This document shows, piece by piece, positions 18,670-28,326 of a DNA stretch of 64,000 nucleotides; the first letter of the stretch is position 1, and each line of letters begins with the position of its first letter. The stretch is from positions 1,559 through 65,558 of the forward strand of contig JBLINY010000012.1 of assembly GCA_047638695.1 (NCBI GenBank). The letters run 5' to 3'. The translations under genes were made by a program, and so were the position numbers. The stretch comes from Acidimicrobiales bacterium (GTDB taxonomy: Bacteria; Actinomycetota; Acidimicrobiia; Acidimicrobiales; SZUA-35). Under the pieces are notes generated by a model. The model was not told the origin of the DNA. It did no database searches and saw nothing but the letters and a program-made list of their open reading frames with translations.

Positions 18670-18944
18670 GACCGCAACTCCGCAGCGAGAGCAGCGTCGG
18701 TCTCTGAGAGAGCCGCCATGACCTGCTGCAGCAGGTTGGCGGTGGCCAGGCCGAGCTGCTCGTAGTCGGCGAGACGATTGCGCCAGTTTTGCTCGAGCGT
18801 GCCCATCCCGGTGTCGATCGCCGGGGCGTTGCCGAACGATGTGGTCGGAAACTCGAGTGCTGAGACGACGCCGGTTACGGCATCTTCGACCTCAGCAGTA
18901 GCCGCATCGATTGCGCTGGTGCCGGCTTCGATCGTCATTCCCAT
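18666..18944 (-). CDS. Small helical protein, WXG100/EspC-like type VII secretion target
   Basis: 92 aa, helix-turn(SFG)-helix layout, C-terminal LSETDAALAAEL; GGAAAGGA RBS; ATGA-coupled to the RTX/M91 gene. Confidence 0.55.
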   Translation of the reverse strand: MGMTIEAGTSAIDAATAEVEDAVTGVVSALEFPTTSFGNAPAIDTGMGTLEQNWRNRLADYEQLGLATANLLQQVMAALSETDAALAAELRS

Positions 18945-19017
18945 GATGTCGTTCCTTTCCCGGAGATCACTTCGATCTCGAACACTCATGAACGTACGGA
19001 CCGCTAGCTCAGCGAAA

Positions 19018-19037
19018 CATGGGGACGGCTCCCCCTG
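19018..19037. promoter_or_regulatory. Palindromic site upstream of the small-protein/RTX operon
   Basis: CATGGGGA-CGGC-TCCCCCTG (7/8 arm match), centred about 30 nt upstream of a minus-strand TACGTT -10-like hexamer (18991-18996). Confidence 0.35.
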
Positions 19038-19061
19038 GTCCGTTCGATCTACGCTGGCGAA

Positions 19062-20012
19062 ATGGGCATCAACATCGAACCGCTGGGACCATTATTTGGA
19101 GCCAAGGTCAGCGGTTGCGACCTGGGCAATCTCGACGAGCGCACCTTTCTCGATATCCGTGGGGCCCTGGTCGAACATGAGCTGCTGGTCTTCGAGGGAC
19201 AACCCATCACGGCCGACGACCAGGTCGCGTTCGGCCGCATGTTCGGCGATCTCAGTGTTAGCCCGTTCTCGCCGAGCTCCGATGAAGTACCCGAGCTCAT
19301 CGTGCTCGATAATCACGGCGAGGCGCCTCGCCCTCTCACCGATGTCTGGCACAGCGACGAAACGTTTCGAGCCGAACCGCCGATGGCGACCATTCTCCGC
19401 TCTCGGATCAGCCCCCAGTTCGGCGGCGACACGATGTTCGCCAGCATGACGGCCGCGTACGATGCACTCAGCGATCGGATGAAGCAGTACCTCGCCGGGC
19501 TAACGGCCACCCATGGTCATGGCCGATTCGGGCAGATCCTGGCTGACGATCCCGAACGCCTCCACATTCTGCAGCGGGTACAGCGCGAACATCCGGTGGC
19601 GCATCACCCGGTGGTGCGAATCCACCCCGAGTCAGGTCGGTCGGCGATCTTCGTAAACGCTCACTTCACTACTCGCATCGATGGTTTGAGCGACGATGAG
19701 AGCAGCGCCATCCTCGACTTCTTGCTTCGTCAGCCGCTGGTAGCCGAATTTCAAGTGCGGGTGTCCTGGCGACCGGATCAGCTGGTGATGTGGGACAACC
19801 GTTCGGTGCAGCACTATGCCCCCAACGACTATTTGCCGCAGCGGCGACGTATGGAAAGAGTCACCATCCGAGGTGACAAGCCCATTGGTGATGGATCGTC
19901 CGATGGCCCTGTCACAGCTGTCCGGGGCATCGAGCCTCGACACACAGGCACGTCGATCGGCGGTGATGGTCGCGAGGTCGCGGCGACTCGGGCAATGGGA
20001 AGCGATCGTTAG
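19062..20012 (+). CDS. TauD/TfdA-family alpha-KG dioxygenase
   Basis: WHSD, GGDTMFA, HPVVRIHPESGR, WDNRSVQHYA. Confidence 0.93.
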   Translation: MGINIEPLGPLFGAKVSGCDLGNLDERTFLDIRGALVEHELLVFEGQPITADDQVAFGRMFGDLSVSPFSPSSDEVPELIVLDNHGEAPRPLTDVWHSDETFRAEPPMATILRSRISPQFGGDTMFASMTAAYDALSDRMKQYLAGLTATHGHGRFGQILADDPERLHILQRVQREHPVAHHPVVRIHPESGRSAIFVNAHFTTRIDGLSDDESSAILDFLLRQPLVAEFQVRVSWRPDQLVMWDNRSVQHYAPNDYLPQRRRMERVTIRGDKPIGDGSSDGPVTAVRGIEPRHTGTSIGGDGREVAATRAMGSDR

Positions 20013-21250
20013 TCACTGCCTGTTGGGACATTGCTTGTTGGGACATTGCTTGTTGGGACATTGCTTGTTGGGACACTGCCTGTTGGGACATTGCCTGTTG
20101 GGATGTCGGCCCAGAGGCGTCGGGCAATCACCACGTTCTGAATCTCGGTTGTGCCGTCGACATAGCCGGTGAGGCGGGCTGCCTCGAGGTGGCGGGGGAG
20201 CGGGTTGTCGACCGACCGCTTGTATCCGGCGGCACCCATGGCCTGCATGCAGTCGGCCACCCGCTGTTGAGCCTTGCGGGCTGCGAACTTCTTAGCGTGA
20301 GCGGCCATCAGCGCGGCGTCATCGCCGTCTTGAAGCAGTCGCGCCGCTCGGTATGTGAGAAGGCGAGTGGCCGCTAGATCGGTGGCGACGTCGGCCAAGA
20401 GCCATTGCACGCCCTGTTTGTCGGCGATCGTGCCACCAAAGGCCTGCCGTTGCTTGGTGTGAGCCAGTGCGACGTCGAGCGACCGACGCATGAGGCCACA
20501 ACACATCGCACCGACAAGGGTTCGGGCCAAGTCGATGGCTTCGAGCGCAGCGGCGAAGGCCTCGCCGACGGGAATGAGTGTGTTTTCTACACCAACCCGT
20601 ACGTCGTTGAAGGCAAAACCTCCCGTGCCTGATGCGTGGGCGCCCATCATTTCGTAGGGGTCGGAACGGACCACCCCTGCCAGGTCAGCATCGACCACAA
20701 TGGCGACGATGCCCCGGTGTCCAAGTGCTGGATCGGTTTGGGCATAGACGTTCAAGAGCCCAGCATCGCTGGCGTTCGTGACCCACGCCTTCTCGCCATT
20801 GACAACCCACTCGTCTCCATCACGCCGAGCCGACGTGGTGATGGCTGCAGCGTCGGACCCGGCACCTGGTTCGGTCAACAGGAAGGCGCCTAATCGGTCA
20901 CCCGAAACCAGGGCAGGGAGCACCGTGTCGAGCAGATGGTCGTTTCCGTTCGAGGCGACCGCTCGGGCCATGTTGTTGTGCACGACCAAGCTGAAGGCGG
21001 CCGAAAAATCAGCCGCAGTGAGCTCCTCCATCACTCGTGCCAACGTCACTTCCCCGAGACCTCGGCCGCCGAGTCGTTGTGGAACGAGCAAAGCCAGGAG
21101 GTCGGCATCGGCTGCGGCGGTGAACGACTCGCGGGCGAAACGTCGCTCGCGTTCCCAGTCTTCGGCCAGCGGATCGACTATCTCAGCGGCCAGGCGCTTG
21201 GCCGAGTCGATGACAGCTTGCTCGGGCGGGGTGACATGGTCGTCGGCCAT
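20009..21250 (-). CDS. Acyl-CoA dehydrogenase with a repeat-derived C-terminal tail
   Basis: LTEPGAGSDA, NGEKAWVTN, RQAFG, DGTTEIQ; start at ATG 21250. Confidence 0.92.
   Translation of the reverse strand: MADDHVTPPEQAVIDSAKRLAAEIVDPLAEDWERERRFARESFTAAADADLLALLVPQRLGGRGLGEVTLARVMEELTAADFSAAFSLVVHNNMARAVASNGNDHLLDTVLPALVSGDRLGAFLLTEPGAGSDAAAITTSARRDGDEWVVNGEKAWVTNASDAGLLNVYAQTDPALGHRGIVAIVVDADLAGVVRSDPYEMMGAHASGTGGFAFNDVRVGVENTLIPVGEAFAAALEAIDLARTLVGAMCCGLMRRSLDVALAHTKQRQAFGGTIADKQGVQWLLADVATDLAATRLLTYRAARLLQDGDDAALMAAHAKKFAARKAQQRVADCMQAMGAAGYKRSVDNPLPRHLEAARLTGYVDGTTEIQNVVIARRLWADIPTGNVPTGSVPTSNVPTSNVPTSNVPTGSD
20014..20103. repeat. 15-bp tandem repeat x6 (CAYTGCYTGTTGGGA), coding (N/S)VPT(G/S) on the minus strand
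   Basis: Units at 20014, 20029, 20044, 20059, 20074, 20089. Confidence 0.95.
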
Positions 21251-21281
21251 GTGAGCGATGGTAGGGCGGCCTTCGGGTCGA

Positions 21282-21322
21282 ACCTGGCCGCCAGCTCGGA
21301 CCTGGCCGCCAGCTCGGACCTG
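21282..21322. repeat. 18-bp tandem repeat x2.3 in a divergent intergenic region
   Basis: acctggccgccagctcgg twice plus acctg. Confidence 0.85.
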
Positions 21323-21351
21323 ACAAGACTCCCCGAAGTCAGCTACCAACA

Positions 21352-21837
21352 GTGCCGATGAACGTTGATCCGAACCGGCCATGGGCCACGACCGAACCAG
21401 GGCAGTTGGTAGCCAAAGGACACCTGGCCGGTGATGTGCTCGAAGCCTGGAAGTGGAAGATTGTCGAGACTGCCCCGGGACTGCTGGTGGTTGAGGCAGG
21501 CTTGCCCGAGAAGCTGCTGAACCCGCAAGGCCAACTCTTTGGTGGTTTCACGCCGACCTATGTCGACTTCGTCTCGCTGTACACCGTGCACTCCACTGAC
21601 CCTGACGCCGATCCCACGTCACCCCGGCACTGGCTGACCACGATCAACATGCGTTGCGACTATTTCGAACCGATCGTGGGCCCGACCTTCACCATCAAGG
21701 GCGAGCTTGTGAATCAGCGGGGACTCTCGTCACTGGTGTCGACAAAATTCTTCCAGGGTGACGAGATGGCAGCCCACGCCCTGACGACTCTGCGCAGCCT
21801 CCCATCGGTGCAGACCGAGCCGGCGAGACAGAACTGA
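21352..21837 (+). CDS. PaaI-family (hotdog) thioesterase
   Basis: LLNPQGQLFGG...TINMRCDYFEP; start could be ATG 21358. Confidence 0.8.
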   Translation: MPMNVDPNRPWATTEPGQLVAKGHLAGDVLEAWKWKIVETAPGLLVVEAGLPEKLLNPQGQLFGGFTPTYVDFVSLYTVHSTDPDADPTSPRHWLTTINMRCDYFEPIVGPTFTIKGELVNQRGLSSLVSTKFFQGDEMAAHALTTLRSLPSVQTEPARQN

Positions 21838-22598
21838 TGACCGACCTGATTGTGATCGAACGCCCGGTCGAACGCGTTGCCCACGTTGTCCTAAATCGTC
21901 CGGAGCGAAGAAACGCGCTTATCGGTCCGCTGGCCGACCAGCTCGGTGACGCCCTTGAGTCGCTCAATGCCGACGATTCGGTCAGCGTGGTTGTCATTCG
22001 CGGCGCGGGGCACGCCTTCTGTTCCGGCCTTGATCTGAAAGCCTTCAGTGAAGAGCCGCAGCCCGATTGGGTTCCGATATTCGCTGAAAAGTGGCAGCGG
22101 GTCCACCGGGCGTTGTTCAACTCTGACCGGATCGTCATCGGCGCACTTGAGCGTGCGGCCGTTAACGGCGGGGCGGCCCTCGCTCTGGCCTGTGACTTCC
22201 TGGTAGCTGGTGATGGTGCATTCCTACAGGTAGGTGAGATCCAGCAGGGCATGGCCGCGCCGATGAATATGGCCTGGCTCCGCCTGCGGCACAGCGAAGC
22301 GCTAGCTGCGCGGATCGCGCTCCTGGGTGATCGCCTTACCGGATCGCAGCTGGTAGATCTCGGTATCGCCCTTGTCTCGGTGCCTGATGGCGACGGCCAC
22401 GAGAATGATGTTGTCGAGGCCGCTGACCAGTTGGCCGGTCGTTTGGCTGCTCACGATCCGATGGGTGCCAAGCGAATCAAGGCATCGCTGCGGCGAACCG
22501 GTCGTCCGGAGTCGGCCGAAGATTGGTTTGCCCAGGCGGTAGCCGCTGATCCGCTTGCCGGGGTTCGACTGAAGCCCAGAGCAGCCGAGAACAAATAG
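21837..22598 (+). CDS. Enoyl-CoA hydratase/isomerase
   Basis: LNRPERRNAL, FCSGLDL, GGAALALACD. Confidence 0.92.
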   Translation: MTDLIVIERPVERVAHVVLNRPERRNALIGPLADQLGDALESLNADDSVSVVVIRGAGHAFCSGLDLKAFSEEPQPDWVPIFAEKWQRVHRALFNSDRIVIGALERAAVNGGAALALACDFLVAGDGAFLQVGEIQQGMAAPMNMAWLRLRHSEALAARIALLGDRLTGSQLVDLGIALVSVPDGDGHENDVVEAADQLAGRLAAHDPMGAKRIKASLRRTGRPESAEDWFAQAVAADPLAGVRLKPRAAENK

Positions 22599-22632
22599 TG
22601 TTGGCCCTTCCGTGTAGGTCGGCGGCGATGGG

Positions 22633-23721
22633 TCAGCGTGCGAGGTTGGCTACAACCGCTTCGGCCTCTGCCACAACGGCGGCCATGACTTCGGCAACCG
22701 GACGAACTGTTCGGGCGTAGCCAATGCCCTGTCCCGCCCCGGAGTGCAGCAGCGGCTCCACCCCATGTTCGTCGATGGCCCCGAGCAGATCGCCGACGAG
22801 TACGTCCTGATAGGGCATCTTCAGTGGGGTTGGCGCGTTCTCGGCCTCCCACTCGTCGCTCCAAGCGGAGCGGATCTGGCGGAAGGTCTTTCCGCTCTCG
22901 CTACGGGTGATGACGGTGTCGGCCGAGGTGGCATTCAGCAGCTTCTCGACTAATGCTGGCTGCATGTGGCCCGCGTGCTCGGTCGTCGTGAGCCAGATGG
23001 TGCCGGCCCATACGCCCTGAGCCCCCATGGCCAGGGCTGCAGCCATATGGCGTCCGGTGGCGACGCCGCCGGCGGCAAGCACAGGAATGTCGCCGCAGGC
23101 ATCGACGATCTGCGGGACCAGGGAGAAGGTGCCGATGGTGCCGGTGTGCGCTCCTGCTTCGGCGCCCTGGGCCACGATGATGTCGACACCGGAGTTCACG
23201 GCCCGATGCACATGGCGGGGGCTTCCGATCAGCGCAGCGGTTGCCTTGCCCAACTCCTTGGCTTTCTCCACCGCTGGTCGCGGCGCACCAATACCGCACG
23301 CGAACAGGTCGACATCGCTGGCCATGACCGCTTCAAGTTGTTCGGACTCGATCTCGGCCGACCGGATGAAGCGAGTACGCATACCCGGTCCGCTTGGCTC
23401 GGGCACCTCGAATTTGTCGATGATGTTCTGAACGAACGCCTTGTGTTCGGCTGGCACGTGACGTTCGATGGCCTCGCGACTGTTGTGTTCGGGCATGCCA
23501 TCGGGCAACACGAGATCTACGCCGAACGGCTTGTCACCGACAAGCCGTCTGATTTGGGCAAGCTCGTCGGCGATTTCGTGGGGGAACCGCCGGGTTGCGC
23601 CGTAGACGCCGAGCCCTCCGGCATTGGTTATGGCGGCAACGGTGCCGATGTCATGGGCGAAGCCGAACATCGGGTGTTCGATGCCGAACCGTCGGCACAC
23701 GTCAGTGGTTAGTCGTCCCAT
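22633..23721 (-). CDS. Nitronate monooxygenase-family flavoprotein
   Basis: VAQGAEAGAH, PVLAAGG, GAQGVW.GT. Confidence 0.9.
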   Translation of the reverse strand: MGRLTTDVCRRFGIEHPMFGFAHDIGTVAAITNAGGLGVYGATRRFPHEIADELAQIRRLVGDKPFGVDLVLPDGMPEHNSREAIERHVPAEHKAFVQNIIDKFEVPEPSGPGMRTRFIRSAEIESEQLEAVMASDVDLFACGIGAPRPAVEKAKELGKATAALIGSPRHVHRAVNSGVDIIVAQGAEAGAHTGTIGTFSLVPQIVDACGDIPVLAAGGVATGRHMAAALAMGAQGVWAGTIWLTTTEHAGHMQPALVEKLLNATSADTVITRSESGKTFRQIRSAWSDEWEAENAPTPLKMPYQDVLVGDLLGAIDEHGVEPLLHSGAGQGIGYARTVRPVAEVMAAVVAEAEAVVANLAR

Positions 23722-23759
23722 GTGGATGTCTCCAGTTTGAGCTTCATCTGAGTTCTAGA

Positions 23760-24962
23760 TCATCGCTCGGTGTGCCGCCGAAATTCGCGACGAGCAATGC
23801 CCATCAAGTGCACCTCATCGGGGCCGTCTGCGATCCGGAGCGAACGAAGCGAGGCGTACCAGTGAGCCAAAGGTGTGTCATCGGAGACGCCCGCTGCCCC
23901 GAACACCTGGATGGCGCGGTCCACGACGGTGGTGGCAGTTCGCATCACCTGCACCTTGATCAACGACATGTGCGGCGCTGCTGCTTTGTCACCCTGCTGG
24001 TCCATCAGCCACGCTGTTCTCAACGTGAGTAGTCGGGCGGCCTCGATCTCGATTCGGGCCTCTGCCACCCAGTCCATCACGTTGGCTCGGGTACTCACCG
24101 CAGCGCCGAATGTGGAACGGGTGGGAGCCCGCTCGCACATCAGACGCAGGGCCTCTTCGGCGATGCCGATGATGCGCATGCAATGCTGAACCCGGGCTGG
24201 GCCGAGTCGCGCCTGGCCGATGGCGAAACCGCCGCCGACCTGGCCCAGCACGCTGTCGTTCGGTACTCGCAGGTTCTCAAGGGTGAGTTCGACATGGCCA
24301 TCGGGATCGAGATAGCCGAACTTAGGCAAGTTGCGAACAATGGTGAGGCCCTCGGCCTCGATCGGCACGATGAACTGGGTATGGCGGGTATGGGCCGACC
24401 CTTCGGGGTCGGTGCTGGCCACAGTCATGAGGTATGCGCACTGAGGATGCAGCACGCCGCTGATGTACCACTTGCGTCCGTTGAGCACCCAATGGTCACC
24501 ATCGAGAGTTGCCGTTGAAGCAATGTTCGAAGCATCGCTGGAAGCGGTGTGCGGCTCGGTCATGGCGAAGGCCGACTTGATCTGGCCATCGAGTTGAGGT
24601 TCGAGCCAACGTTCCTTCTGAGTATCGCTTCCATAGATGATCATGGCGTCGCCATTGATGTTCGAGGGCGCATCGCAATTGGTGGCCTCTTGGGCCAGCG
24701 GGTGGATACCCATCATTTCGGCCAGCGGTGCATAGTCGACAAAGGAAAGACCGGGCCCGTAATCCGGGTGACGAACACACAGGTTCCACAGCCCGGCGGC
24801 TCGGGCCGAAGCTTTCAACGCTTCGATGGTTGGTGGTTGCTGATCCGGATGCCGCTTGCGCTCGACATCGGCGGTAGTCGCGGCGGGCACCACCTTGGTG
24901 GCAATAAAATCGGCAAGCTGCTCGCCCAGCTCGTTTGATCGGGATGACCGTTCGAAGTCCAT
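23760..24962 (-). CDS. Acyl-CoA dehydrogenase (ACAD10/11-like)
   Basis: FAMTEP..ASSDA, LNGRKWY, RLGPAR..HCMR, LRIADGPDEVH. Confidence 0.93.
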   Translation of the reverse strand: MDFERSSRSNELGEQLADFIATKVVPAATTADVERKRHPDQQPPTIEALKASARAAGLWNLCVRHPDYGPGLSFVDYAPLAEMMGIHPLAQEATNCDAPSNINGDAMIIYGSDTQKERWLEPQLDGQIKSAFAMTEPHTASSDASNIASTATLDGDHWVLNGRKWYISGVLHPQCAYLMTVASTDPEGSAHTRHTQFIVPIEAEGLTIVRNLPKFGYLDPDGHVELTLENLRVPNDSVLGQVGGGFAIGQARLGPARVQHCMRIIGIAEEALRLMCERAPTRSTFGAAVSTRANVMDWVAEARIEIEAARLLTLRTAWLMDQQGDKAAAPHMSLIKVQVMRTATTVVDRAIQVFGAAGVSDDTPLAHWYASLRSLRIADGPDEVHLMGIARREFRRHTER

Positions 24963-24971
24963 TTGAGCGTC

Positions 24972-26174
24972 CTAGTTCTTCAACAGATCGCGGTACGGCG
25001 TGTCTCGGTCTGGCCCCGGCTCGCTGGGGAGGCCGAGCGCTCGCTCGCCGAGCGTGTTGCGCTGAATCTCATCGGTCCCTCCGCCCAAGCTCATTCCTCG
25101 ACAATTCAGCATGTGGTAGGCGAAGTAGTCGTCGTCAGCGTGCCGGTCGACCGACAGGTCGGGGTCCCAGGCTGGTGATGCCGGGAAAGCGAGCGCGGCG
25201 GCCAAGTCGGCGGCCGCCCGCCCCTGTTTGGTGCGCCAGAGCTTGCCGATCGACGGGTGTAAGTCACGGGCTCCGATCCAACCGACCACCTTTTCGCCCG
25301 AATGCAGACGGGCGAGCTGCTGGCGAACGATTGGGTCATGCGACCGTCCGACTCGCTCGGCCAGCTCAATGAGCTGCGCTACCGGAATAGGTGACCGGCC
25401 TGCCTTTGAACGCTGGGTCGCCGAACCACTCATGGAGCCGGCTCCAGTCTGCAGGCGCTCGTGGCCCAGAAGGGCAACGGCTGTTGCCCAGCCGCCGTTG
25501 ACCTCGCCGACCACCCAATCGCGGGGAATGCGAGCTTCGTCGATGAAGATTTCGTTGAACTCGGCCTCGCCCGTCATCTGGACGAGCGGCCGGACGTCAA
25601 CTCCCGGCTGTTCCATGGGCAGGATGAACATGGTGATGCCACGGTGCTTGGGCAGGTCAGGGTCGGTACGGGCGAGAAGAATGGCGTACTGACTGTTCTG
25701 GGCACCCGAGGTCCAGACTTTCTGGCCGCTGACGATCCACTCGTCGCCATCGAGGTCGGCTTTCGTCGCCAGTGAGGCCAGATCGGAACCTGATCCGGGT
25801 TCGGAGTACATCTGGCACCAGATCTCGTCGCCTCGGAGACCGGCCTGCAGGAATCGCTGTTTCAATTCGTCGCTGCCGTGATCTCGAACGGTTGGCATAG
25901 CCATGCCAACTCCGATGCCGAATGCTGCGTCTTCGCGAGGTATGCGGCCGCGGCTCAGGTCCTTGTAGAGCTGTTGATGTTCTGCCGGTAGTTCTCGCCC
26001 GCCATAGGCCACCGGGTAGTCAAGGGCAGCCAGACCACAGTCGTAGAGTGCGCTACGCCATGCTCGGGCCCGGCTCAGGGCGCCGGCCACGCCCTCGAGC
26101 GCATCGGGCAGAGTCTGGTCGAAGAATGATTCGACCTCTTGGCGAAATGCAGCAAGTGATGGCGCAGGCGTCAT
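24972..26174 (-). CDS. Acyl-CoA dehydrogenase
   Basis: WCQMYSEPGSGSDLA, GQKVWTS, GGGTDEIQRN; paralog of 12765-14033. Confidence 0.93.
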   Translation of the reverse strand: MTPAPSLAAFRQEVESFFDQTLPDALEGVAGALSRARAWRSALYDCGLAALDYPVAYGGRELPAEHQQLYKDLSRGRIPREDAAFGIGVGMAMPTVRDHGSDELKQRFLQAGLRGDEIWCQMYSEPGSGSDLASLATKADLDGDEWIVSGQKVWTSGAQNSQYAILLARTDPDLPKHRGITMFILPMEQPGVDVRPLVQMTGEAEFNEIFIDEARIPRDWVVGEVNGGWATAVALLGHERLQTGAGSMSGSATQRSKAGRSPIPVAQLIELAERVGRSHDPIVRQQLARLHSGEKVVGWIGARDLHPSIGKLWRTKQGRAAADLAAALAFPASPAWDPDLSVDRHADDDYFAYHMLNCRGMSLGGGTDEIQRNTLGERALGLPSEPGPDRDTPYRDLLKN

Positions 26175-26187
26175 GAGCCGAATCTAC

Positions 26188-27033
26188 CTATACAGGACGG
26201 TCGCCGATCAGGGTGACCCGTTCGACCCGGCGGTTGTGGCCACCGTGATCGGGCACGGCGTAGTGCTGAGTACATCGATTGTCCCACTGAGCAATGCTGT
26301 TCGGCCGCCAGCGAAAGCGGACCTGAACCTCGGGAATGGTCGATTGTTCGAACAGGCGGTAGCGGAGCTCACGACTTTCGTCGGGCGTCATGCCATCGAT
26401 GGTCAGCATGAAGTTCTGGGCCATGAACAGGCCTTTGCGGCCAGTCTCCGGGTGTGTCCGAACCAGCGGGTGCTTCTGGTCGGGAAACTCCTCGCGAGTT
26501 TCGGCTAGCTGCTCGGCCGTCTGCCCACGACCGAAAACCTTGGCGTAGGAGTGGATGGCGTAGAGCCCATCGATCTCTTCTTTGATCTTGTCCGGCAGAA
26601 GTTCGTATGCCAGTTCCATGTTGGCGAAACACGTGTCGCCGCCGTAGGCGGGAAAGACACGACCGAGCAGGATCGACCCCAATGGCGGGCACTCACGGAA
26701 GGTGACGTCGGTGTGCCATGACTCGGCCGCGACGAACGCATCGGGCTTCGAGTCGATGACCAGGATCTCGGGATGGCCGTCGACCTGTGGGCTGAACGGA
26801 TGCACTTCGAGCTGGCCAAACGCACGGCCGTAGGTGAGATGTTGCTCGTGGGTGAGGTTCTGTTCGCGGAAGAACAGGACTTTGTGATCGAGCCACGCTT
26901 GCTTGAGTTCGGCAACGATCTCGTCGTCAAAGTCGCGCAGGTCTACGTTGGCGATCTCAGCACCGATCGAACCCGTGAGTGGTTCGACCTGGATCCGGTT
27001 GAAGTCCCTTATCGATGTTGCATCGACTCGCAT
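26188..27033 (-). CDS. TauD-family dioxygenase
   Basis: WHTDVTF, GGDTCFA, HPLVRTHPETGR, WDNRCTQHYA; start at ATG 27033. Confidence 0.93.
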   Translation of the reverse strand: MRVDATSIRDFNRIQVEPLTGSIGAEIANVDLRDFDDEIVAELKQAWLDHKVLFFREQNLTHEQHLTYGRAFGQLEVHPFSPQVDGHPEILVIDSKPDAFVAAESWHTDVTFRECPPLGSILLGRVFPAYGGDTCFANMELAYELLPDKIKEEIDGLYAIHSYAKVFGRGQTAEQLAETREEFPDQKHPLVRTHPETGRKGLFMAQNFMLTIDGMTPDESRELRYRLFEQSTIPEVQVRFRWRPNSIAQWDNRCTQHYAVPDHGGHNRRVERVTLIGDRPV

Positions 27034-27087
27034 GATGGTCCCCTTCAGACGTCGTGAGGGCAAGCGTAGGGGATGCCCTGGGATGCG

Positions 27088-28326
27088 TCAGGTGTCGGAG
27101 CCGTTGGTGGCCGGTCGCCGGGCCCACATCGCAAAGGCGAAACCGGCAGCGCCGTAACCGGCGTACGCCACGGCGAGCGGAGTGACCGAACCGTCGATAG
27201 CTCGATCGACGAAGGTCGCCAGAAACGCACCGCCACCCATGCTGATGGTGCCAAGCACAGCCGACGCGGTGCCGGCGAGGTCACCCATAGGTTGCATCGC
27301 CTCGGCCATGAGCAGCGGATTGATGAGCGTGCGGAGGGCGTTGATAACCGTGAGGGCGGCGAACCAGCCAAGGAACGGCGGTACGCCGTCGCTGGCCCAG
27401 CACCACCATGCCAGGACGGCCGAGAACAGCAGGGTGACGGGCATAACCCTGACGATCACTCGGTCGGCGCCGAGCGCCTTGACCCAGCGGCTGCCCATAA
27501 AAAGGAACAAGCCCATGACGAGACTCATGGCCGCGAAATAGTACGCGAACTGATCACCGCGGTCGTAGACGTCGTCAAACAAGAGCTGGCTGCTGGCCAA
27601 GAAGGCGGCAAACCCACCGAAGTCGAACATGACGGCGATGGCGGAACCAATTGTTCGCCGAGTGGTGACAACGGCGACGATGGCACCTCGGGTACGAGCC
27701 AGGGTAAGAGGCCGGCGTCGCTCGACGGGAAGTGGTTCGGGCAGTCTTGTGAGCCACAGGGCAAGTGCGACCGTGAGCAACAGAGGCGCCGCTAGGACCA
27801 ACCGCCATGATCCGAAGGTAAGTACGCCTTTGCCGAGCAGGGGCGCGATCGCTGGAACGACCATGAACACGGCCTGCACCAGGGACATGATGCGAGCGAG
27901 CTGGGTGCCCTCGTAAAGATCGCGGGCGATGGCCATCGACAGAGCGCGAGGTCCAGCCGCGCCGACCCCCCATACGAACCGGCTGAAGACGAGGATGCCA
28001 AAGGTTGGGGCCAAGGCCGAACCGAGGGCGCCGAGAGCGTAAAGGCCGAGGCCGGCGTAAAGCACGGGCTTACGCCCGAAGCGGTCGGTGAACGGGCCGT
28101 AGAACATCTGAGCGCTGGCCAACCCGAGAAAGTAGAGCGTGACCGTGAGCGCCACCCGAGGCGAGTCAGGGGCCATCCCCAGGCCGGCTCGGATTTGGCC
28201 GAAAGCCGGCAGCGCCATGTCGATGCCGAGCGCAGTGGTGGCGCTGATGGCGGCGAGGATGCCGACGAGTTCCCGTTCGCTGGTGGAGCGCCGCGATGTG
28301 GCCGGACCTGCAGGAGGAAGGCTCAA
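27088..28326 (-). CDS. Bcr/CflA-family multidrug MFS transporter
   Basis: IDMALPA, GPFTDRFGRKPV, ARDLY.G, APLLG; probable TTG start overlapping the upstream TGA. Confidence 0.88.
   Translation of the reverse strand: MSLPPAGPATSRRSTSERELVGILAAISATTALGIDMALPAFGQIRAGLGMAPDSPRVALTVTLYFLGLASAQMFYGPFTDRFGRKPVLYAGLGLYALGALGSALAPTFGILVFSRFVWGVGAAGPRALSMAIARDLYEGTQLARIMSLVQAVFMVVPAIAPLLGKGVLTFGSWRLVLAAPLLLTVALALWLTRLPEPLPVERRRPLTLARTRGAIVAVVTTRRTIGSAIAVMFDFGGFAAFLASSQLLFDDVYDRGDQFAYYFAAMSLVMGLFLFMGSRWVKALGADRVIVRVMPVTLLFSAVLAWWCWASDGVPPFLGWFAALTVINALRTLINPLLMAEAMQPMGDLAGTASAVLGTISMGGGAFLATFVDRAIDGSVTPLAVAYAGYGAAGFAFAMWARRPATNGSDT

Noticed and set aside
18950-19050. Possible riboswitch or ncRNA upstream of the T7SS-like pair
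   Set aside because: Several small stems, but no match to a riboswitch consensus I recognise; needs an Rfam/Infernal scan.
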